64,000 bases of DNA, taken from the human T2T-CHM13v2.0 reference genome, Homo sapiens. The notes under the pieces are model-generated. The model made no database searches. It worked only from the letters and a program-made list of their open reading frames with translations, and had not been told where the DNA came from. Position numbers and translations under genes: made by a program. Every line of letters begins with the position of its first letter. Within the stretch, counting starts at the first letter, position 1. The stretch spans positions 5,088,001 through 5,152,000 of the forward strand of contig CP086569.2 of the NCBI GenBank assembly GCA_009914755.4, in the 5' to 3' direction. Below, in pieces: positions 55,691-64,000 of the stretch.

Positions 55691-56620
55691 TCTCCCTTGG
55701 CTCTAGCAATACTGGCCTGCTTGCTATGCCTTCAACATATACACTGAAGTTGTGATTGCTTTTTATTTATGCTATCTATTTCACTGAAGATTTCTCCCCT
55801 GGTATCTTGTTTCATTTTTTTGATTTCCTTAAATTGGACCTCACCTCTTTCTGGTGCCTCCATGATTAGCTTAATAATTGACCTTCTGAATTCTTTTTCA
55901 GGTAAATCAAAGATTTCTTCTTGGTTTGGATCTATTGCTGGTGAGCTAGTGTAATTCTTGGGGCATGTTAAGGAACCTTGTTTCTTCATATGACTAGAAT
56001 TGCTTTTCTGGTTCTTTCTCATTTGGTAGGCTATGTCAGAGGGAAGATCTGGGGCTCAAAGTTGCTGTTCAGATTCTTTTGCCTCCTGGGGTTTTCCCTT
56101 GATGTAGTAGTCTCCCCTTTTCCTAGGGATGTGGCTTCCTGTGAGCCAAACTGTAGTGATATTATTTCTCTTCTGGATCTAGCCACCCAGCAGGACTAGG
56201 TTGTCTTCACAGACAGAGTCCTGTGATGTGTACCATCTTCAGGTCTCTCAGCTGTGAATACCAGCACAGTGTTTTGGTTGTCTCCCAGGTCCTGTAGGAG
56301 CAATCCACTTTCTTCAGGGTGTCTATGGATTCTCTTGGCTTTCCTAGTATATTCCTGAAGTAGTTCTTGGAACAAAAGTCCATGATTCAAGTCTCCACAC
56401 GCTGCTCTGTCTGTCTGACTGGGAGCTGCAATTTAGTTCTGCCTTCTATCTACCATTTTTCTCAGTATCCACCCAGAACAGCTTATCAAGATGGGCATAA
56501 AAATTGCAGACCTGTGACCATGTATTATCTTGTCTTGTTATGCTCTCGTACTTCAAAACACATTTGTTTCACCCATGTAACTCATTATTCTCATTTGTCA
56601 TGAAATATTTGTGCACTGAT
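55690..56620 (-). mobile_element. LINE-1 (L1M-like) 5' portion, antisense: ORF1 N-terminal region plus upstream sequence
   Basis: The minus ORF 55732-56022 (MRKNQKSNSSHMKKQGSLTCPKNYTSSPAIDPNQEEIFDLPEKEFRRSIIKLIME..FKEIKKMKQD) matches the old-L1 ORF1p N-terminus (..NSNHMKKQGNMTPPKEHNNSPATDPNQKEIYEMPEKEFKILILKKLSEIQENTDKQFKEIRKTIHD). Confidence 0.7.
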
Positions 56621-59600
56621 AGACAATGAAAATTGGCATCTTCCTCTAGGATTTTCATTTCACTGATGGCAGGTTTTGAACTCCATAGATGATTTTCAAT
56701 TCAAAGTGGAAGAAAGAACTTGTGAGTTAATTTCAAACTTCTGAGTAACTTCTGTTCAGTATGATGTTTACTTTACTGCAGTTGCAGGTCAACTGTTCTT
56801 CAGTCCTAAAATACAATAATCCCTAATCAGATATATCTGTTTCAAGAACTAAAATTACTTCTAATTTACAAGACTCGCTTCTTATAAACTATTCCATCAA
56901 CTTAATTCTACTCCTACAAAGCTCTTTTGTGTAGGTTCACAAATAAATCATTTTACGCCTCTTTGCTTTCAGAATAATTCATTCAGGAATGACTCAGAGT
57001 AGGTTCGACTAATGCATGACATCTTTTAATTTCATGTAAACTAACAATATTCAATTTCATTTGGAAATATTTTATATCACCTGAACCTATGGGGTACATA
57101 TAGTAAGTTTTCTTTCCATTTCTTTAGCTATCTTTAACATTCACATCGAATAATTTTCTAAGATCTGTAACTATGAAATTCTATTTTATCTTACTGCTAT
57201 CAATTTTATTTATAGTGTAAAAATAATTATATTATCTTTACATTTGAATGCACTACACTGGCCTTGAGTCAAATTTTTTAACACGGTATTAAACATTGCA
57301 TGTTTAGTTACTGCAAGCATCATATTAGTCACTGTTAAATGAGGTAAAATCTATTTTTCCTTAGCTCACTTCATAATTCTCTACTGTATATGATTCATCC
57401 CTTCATCTGGAATCTGCTGTAGTTGAGCTTCCATTGTGTTGGGTATGGAAGAGGTTTGTTCACACTGACTTACTGATACAGCAGCTATCGAATAATGGAA
57501 AAGATGTTATGATTTCTTAAGATCATCAGTCCACTCCTAGACATTGCCTGTAAAGAATCATATAGATTTTAAAGAAGACATGTGAAGTGTTTAAATGGAA
57601 ACCTCTGTAGTTTTCAAACAATGGGAAATTGGAAATATTAACTCAATCTGACTACATGACCTTACCATCATTTGGAGAATAAGCTATTTCCAGTTGCCCT
57701 ACAACTGAAACGATAATTTTCTTCATCATTATCATGACTTTCTCCTTTATACAATAAAAAGTTTTAATATTGAAGATGCAGTATCTTATATTTGTACTCC
57801 ATCTACTGATCTTGGATTCTAAATGGATTGGAGCTTTTGCCTTGAGTAAATGTATTCCTACAAAAACCATAGAATTTTAGAGAGAAAAATGATATTAGAA
57901 AGACATTATATACCCAACCCTCTCGTTTGATTGATGAGAAAACTGATGCCAACTTAGTTATGAATTACCTGGATTTACATGAACAAGAAGTGGAACTGGA
58001 GCTCAGGTCTCTTGATTCATTTTCTAGAGCTTTTCCTACTCCACAAACTCCTTTTATTATGAATTCTGTATTCCAAATATTACTATAAATGAAGAATTCA
58101 ATGTAGGATTTTTTTTTTCATCACTAAGGCAAGTGTTAGTTAACAAATACAGTCAAGGAGAAAATGAAATATTTGAAATTAGCTGAAGTTATACTAAAGG
58201 CACAAAGAAAAATTCTCAGACATTATTAGGTACTCAGTAAAAGAGAGAAATTCAGCATCATAGAGCTGTAAACGCCTTGATAAATGTGAGGTCAATCAAT
58301 AAAATAATGACAGTGAACTCGTGTGGCTCATAGCATAGCACAGAAGATAAATCTGAAAGAGAAACAGCAAAATGTTGTGAACAATAGCAGCATCGTTGAA
58401 ATAAATAGTCCCCATTTATACTAGTCTGTAGTTAGAGTTCTAATGAATTAATAATTTTTATTGATTTCAGTTTCTAAAAGAAATTTCTATTCTTGTCATC
58501 TTTATCTGCCTTGGAATCTGATAAAATCTAAGTTGACTACTTCTCATTAAAAGAAATTGTTGAAGCAGAATCTCTGTTATTAAAAGTAATGCAAAACCAA
58601 AACAAAACTCTTTTATACATCTGAAGGTTACAAATAAAACATACATTTATCAGTTTTATTACAAAGATATATTATTAAAGCATGAATGGTTTTAACATGA
58701 ATTGTTTCTTCATTTATTCACGGTAGTTTATACTGCCATTGTAAATTTTAGAGTTTCCCTGCATTTTTTTTGCAAATATCATAGGAGCTATTATAGATAT
58801 TTCATGTTCTATATCTGACTTACAGTTACCCAGTTTTGATCATGACCAAGCAATAGGATCCTAAGGGTCCATTTGAAAGGATTTGGAGGAAATATAGCTT
58901 CATGTTGCAATATAGTTTTGCACATTTGTGACTGATCACTGCAATCAGAGAACCGTGCTATCTCATGTTAAGACTGTATAAATATATACTGTTTCACATA
59001 TTTTCATATAATCATTGCAAATTCTAAAAAAAAAAACACTTTAAATGATGTTTTAAATACTCCTGAGAGTTGTTACTTGTACAGCCTCGTACTTCAGCTG
59101 AACAAGTCATGTATATATAGAATGAATAGATCACCAGAAGCTCCTTCTGTGTCAATGCTCCTGGTAAATGTTTCTACTTGTATTCCCCAGAGGGAATCCT
59201 AGGAGATAATTTGGAGAGCAAAGCAAAAGTTATAACATTTGTTTTTCTCTATTTCTTTGATGCACTAAGAATTCATTTACTTTCTCCACAGACTGGTCTT
59301 CCTTTGCCAGCAAAGAAACTGCAAGTTATATTACTTTATAAAAAGGAAACATTAACCACATTAAAATGTTTCATGTCTCTAAAAATTGTGGTATGTAATT
59401 ACCTAAAACTGAGTTCTTTGAAGAAGGAAAGAAATAATACCAAATTTAGCTCTAATATGCCTGGCTATATGTCATATAAATTCTATTAAGTTAACTATAT
59501 ATCCCCAGTTTTAAAACTATTAAGTGATTCACTCTTCGAAATATTTCCCCTATATTTACAACATAATTTAGAGTAGAATCGCCTTGTAATAATAAAATTA

Positions 59601-60499
59601 AAAACCCATATACTCACCTCTTGGTAAACAGCAAATGCAGCAAGAATACAATAGTATGTATGAAAGCAGAGAACACATTTGCTTGTAATGTGGGTGGGAC
59701 TGCCTCTTATAAGTAAGGTAATCATATTTGTTTATTTTCTTATCACTTTGTTATTGCTTCCATAATCACCGTGTAAGAAAGTGTAACAGCTTAAATCCTA
59801 TATCTTTCAACCTCATTGGGTAAATATAGTCAAACTTTTAAAGAATGTGGCACAGAGTATCATACTAGGGAATTGCTGTAATCGTTGGAGTAGGGTCTTT
59901 GGCCATGTCAGTTCCCATAGTTATTTACTTAAAGTGAAATCATCTTTACACAGCAATTGCTATTTTCCAGAGATGGGCCACGTTAAATTGTCCACTCTAG
60001 GTGATTTAGGGACCATAATGAAGATTGGCATCATGAAAGGCAACAGGAAATGCACCCCTTTGAAGAGAATGTGGCTCCTGTGCAACAGTGAAAATGCAAT
60101 AAGTACTGAATGCCAAGAGCAGGTGGCTGAGGATGGAGCAAAGTTCAAAAATTCACGTCTATTCTCAATAGCGAGTGGAATGGCCTTTTTTATTTTTTCT
60201 GAATGAATCACCCAAGGCCTCACTTTTTTTAAAAAAAAAAAAGCCTGATAACTTATATTGCTCAAAAGAGAAAATGTAAGAATGTAAGTCATTAATTTAA
60301 ATTCCTGATTTCTCCTTGCTTCATTATAATAAAGCAGATGAATGTGGTCACTACAATTGATGATCAGGAAGAATTTGAAAATAATGCATGTTGATGTCCT
60401 AATATTGTCTTTCTCACTAACTCTTATGATTGAGAATATATTTCTTTATTTCATTTAACTAATTTGGAAAAACGAAATCTAGTCTTTCTTTTACCTTGT

Positions 60500-60858
60500 G
60501 CTATGGTCAGAATGTTTGTTCCTACCAAAATTCATGTTAAAATCCTCACCCCTAAGGTGATAGTATTAGGAAGTGGGGCCTTTGGGAGGTGATTAGGTCA
60601 TAGGAGTGGAGTCCTCATGCATAGGATTAGTGCCCATATAAAGGAAGCCTGAGAGAGTCCCCTCACCTCTTCCACCAAGTCAGGACACAGCAAAGAGCCT
60701 TCTATGAACAGAAAGCAGGCCATTCCTAGACAATGAATCTGTCAGAACTTTGATATTGGACTTCCCAGACTCAAGAACTGTGAGAAATAAATCTCTGTTG
60801 TTTATAAGATATCTAGTTTATGGTATTTTGTTATAGGAGGCTAAGCAAATTAAGATAC
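60500..60858 (+). mobile_element. Solo MaLR LTR, MLT1-type, sense
   Basis: tgtttgttcctaccaaaattcatgttaaaatcctcacccctaaggtgatagtattaggaagtggggcctttgggaggtgattaggtcataggagtggagtcctcatgcataggattagtgcccatataaaggaag...ttgatattggacttcccagactcaagaactgtgagaaataaatctctgttgtttataagatatctagtttatggtattttgttatagg parallels the MLT1 consensus (..caaaattcatatgttgaagccctaacccccaatgtgatggtatttggaggtggggcctttgggaggtaattaggtt..gatcttggacttcccagcctccagaactgtgagaaataaat.tttgttgtttaagccacccagtctatggtattttgttatagcagcc). Confidence 0.6.
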
Positions 60859-63265
60859 CCTGTATTACTTGTATCGATCTCATTAAGTATAAATCTATTT
60901 TAATTTATTATGTATCTTTTCAGTGTTATGTCTTTTTTTTATACCTAAGAGAATTGAATATATTGAAAGTTAATTTTTTAGGATATATTTTACTTTATGT
61001 TTTACCTGCAGATAAAATTTTGGTCAATGAATGTAGGAATAAAGCAAAACACATGCAGGATGGAGGAAGGAAGAAATTTTGGGCATATTTAGGATGTAGA
61101 ATGGACAATAATTGGTGACGTCTATGGGGCCAAAGCCAAGGACCCACAAGAAATGAAAAACAGAAAGTGCAGAAGACTGAGGGAAGGGCAATATGGACTT
61201 TGGTTTCGGAAATGTTGATTTTGAAATGTCTATAAGCAAACAGTTGTAGATCTGGAATGGATTCCATAGCTAAAAAAATTATAGGTCTAAATCTCAGAAG
61301 AGACATCTAACTGCACTGAAGGTAAATAATCATTAGATACAGATGGTCATTGATGTCATGGAGTAAAGATTCTAGAGACTCTTTTTTACACATTTATCCA
61401 TTTCATCAACAAATAATCTTGAGTGCCTATGATGTGCCACACACATAATGGTGAAAAGAGAATAAAACTCCTGTTACTGAAAACACAAAGATGTTGAATC
61501 TGTGCATTCATCTAATGTAGAATCTACATTTTTGGCTATTGTCAGATCCTTTTAGGTCCTAAATTGATACTTTTTAGACTTTTTTGAAAAATGTTATAAT
61601 ATTTCTGGTAAGTTTTTTGATTTTTTTTTTTTTTTTGCTTAGGTAGACTTTGTGCTAGCCTAGAAACTTGATTATTACATATTTCTTTGCCCATAATAAC
61701 CCAGTTTTTACTGTGACTTAAATTACTTTATTTCTCCTAGTGCTAAAGTTACCAATGACACAACCTGGGTAGTCACAGACAAGAAAAACTCCTCTACCTA
61801 TCATGCTCACAGATAGAGACAAAAATATGATCTTGGACAAACAATAATATTTTATTCCACCTCTGTTAGTTTCTTTTATTTTCTTTTAGCATCTAGAATT
61901 TGAGATCTGTAGGTTCTCATATTTATTTATTATAAATTCTTCTCATAAGGAACTTGCTTATAGGAAGTTGCTATTTCAGGCTATATAATCTCAATAAGGC
62001 AAGGACATTTATGGTTTCATCAATTCTCACTAATCTGCAGTCCTTCAGCCTTACAATCTGATTCTTGTGAAAAGCTGTCATCAGAAGGCAGTATCTATAG
62101 TGTACATTTTCCCTGTAAATTAATTGTGACACATTGAGTGGCGGTTCCTCATGCCTGGAGGCGTGGCTATTTTTTCATCTAATTTCATTTATGTTTTTTT
62201 TTGTGCCAAACTGCCTTTTGTTAGAAAAAATATATATATTCAACTTGATTAATTTGGGGGAGGATAAACATGCATTATTTTGTGTATGAGTTATCTTCAT
62301 ATTTTGGAGTGTGCAGAAGTGATTGGCTATTTTTGATGACCACTAATACAGTAAAATTTGGTATCTCATTATTTAAACTTATTGATCAGAAGGAAAGAAA
62401 AAGCACTGTGAGAACTGACTGTAATGAAAAGTCTATAAGGTACTACCTTAGCTTAAAACATCTAAATAGATTTCTCACAACAATTAAGGGTAAATATGTC
62501 CCTTGGTACATGCACACAATGAACAGCTTGGATTGTTGTATTTAATTTCTTACACAGTATGATAAAAGCAAACTAGTGGAATTTAAACTTTAGTTTAAAG
62601 CAAAGTTCATGTCTCTATGATAAAATTCAGTGAATCAAAAGCCAGTTTTTTCAGCCGACCTAATATCTCATTTATTTTATGACACAATAGATTTGATTGG
62701 CTCTGCCATTTGAGATATACAGGGCTAGAAATAAACTAAAGTATGTGTAATTCAGCAGCTGCAAGCATGTGATATCTAACTATCTCTTCATCATTGCATT
62801 TTAGGTTTTGTACATGGTAACTAGATCTTACTATAGCAAGCAAACACCACTATTACCTAAGAGCATCATATAAGATAGAATACTATAGGTAGTTTATTCC
62901 ACTGTGGGTAGAAGCATTTGATGCTTCTGTTAACTTTATAAATGTCCCTTAAAACACAATATTGACCCATGAAAATAATAGTAATTTTAGTCCTCCTCAG
63001 TGCCTTGTACCAAATACTTATTTAATATGCCTTTTCAAATGAGTTGTCTGTAACAGCAAACAAATCTATGTGACTAAGCATAAATTAATCTCTCCATCAA
63101 GTTTTACTGTTAGCATCCTTATTTTCTCACTCTTTAGGCAACTATTTTTAAAATAAATTATCTGAATATAAAAGATCTGAAGTGTAAGTTTTACAAAGCT
63201 TAAGATACAACATTTCAAAACTATTAATTCCTATTGTTTCCTTATTTTAGAAGTACTTGTAGGGT

Positions 63266-63370
63266 ATTTTATACTTTATACTTTGTATAAGTGCTTTATA
63301 CTTTATACATTGTATACAGTGCTTTATACTTTATACTTTGTATACAGTGCTTTATACTTTGTAAAAGTGA
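63266..63370. repeat. Minisatellite-like tandem repeat, ~3.5 copies of a 28-bp unit
   Basis: Direct read: tttatactttatactttgtataagtgc / tttatactttatacattgtatacagtgc / tttatactttatactttgtatacagtgc / tttatactttgtaaaagtg. Confidence 0.9.
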
Positions 63371-64000
63371 AATACAGCTTTATTTCTTGCTTTTCTGATG
63401 TTACTGTTCCCTTACATTTAAAAATCATTTTAGGGTGATAGCATCATTCGCATTTCTACAGCGTTTGAAACACGAACATTTTAATGCGCAAAATATTTTG
63501 AATTTATGATGTATATTGCACAGGAGATAAATAAATAGAACATTATTTTCTCGAAATTGGTCCTATCTAAATTTGATATGCATAACTCAAATGATCAATT
63601 ATAATATGTGGGGATTCTTTAAAACATTGCAGGGAAAATATTGGAGATCAGCCAACTCAAAACAATGTTTTAGATCTCTAGAGTAGAAATGCATTTCTTC
63701 CCTTCATTTGTAAGTTTTCTAGATATCATCAAAAAGTGCTCATTTAGCTTTTTTGTTAAAGTTGTCTTTTACTACATCATACATATTTAAAAAGACATTG
63801 CATACAAGTAAATCTACTTAGTGTCTATATGCTCCAGGCACTATTCTGGGCACTGCAGGTCTTCATTAGCTCACTAAGGGGTCATTCATTTTAAAACCAA
63901 GAAAAAAAATCAGTAAAAAGTAAATATTTTGCTGTTTGGCTCCCAGATTTCCAAAACTGCTGGAAAATATATTTCTTAAAATGGCCTGTGTTGGGCCACT

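Noticed and set aside
59847-60292. Overlapping 119-aa (+) and 110-aa (-) ORFs in unique sequence
   Set aside because: Two opposite-strand ORFs over the same DNA with no recognisable domain, no Kozak or splice signals and AT-rich codon usage. These look like chance ORFs.

Overview
I read this window as primate (human-type) nuclear DNA, AT-rich (roughly 62-65% A+T), from a gene-poor intergenic or intronic region. The presence of at least nine Alu/FLAM SINEs rules out a prokaryotic origin. I found no protein-coding exon, rRNA, tRNA, CRISPR array or operon-like structure that I can support. Most ORFs in the six-frame track with recognisable content are decayed LINE-1 ORF2/ORF1 fragments or a Tigger transposase N-terminus. 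The rest are chance ORFs in AT-rich or repeat DNA. Interspersed repeats probably make up about half of the window. The main repeat features are: (1) an antisense L1 3' half at 2.1-6.1 kb, interrupted by an unclassified ~665-bp insertion; (2) a sense L1M at 11.8-15.6 kb with a nested Alu; (3) two abutting sense L1M 3' portions at 34.0-36.8 kb; (4) a sense L1 at 44.6-48.6 kb, split by a full-length THE1-type MaLR retrotransposon with matching 415-bp LTRs and a perfect 5-bp target-site duplication (TSD); (5) two solo MLT1-type MaLR LTRs; (6) Tigger1/MER2-, Tigger2/MER- and MER5-type DNA-transposon relics; and (7) several microsatellites, low-complexity tracts and local tandem duplications. I see no evidence for a previously undescribed biological system here. 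The findings worth a second look are insertion and repeat-structure details: clean TSDs, a FLAM insertion, an orphan poly(A) retro-insert, a CAG repeat that grew from a MER5 internal motif, and a long polypyrimidine tract. All coordinates were derived by eye and may be off by a few bp. Family assignments are from memory of consensus sequences and were not checked against any database.
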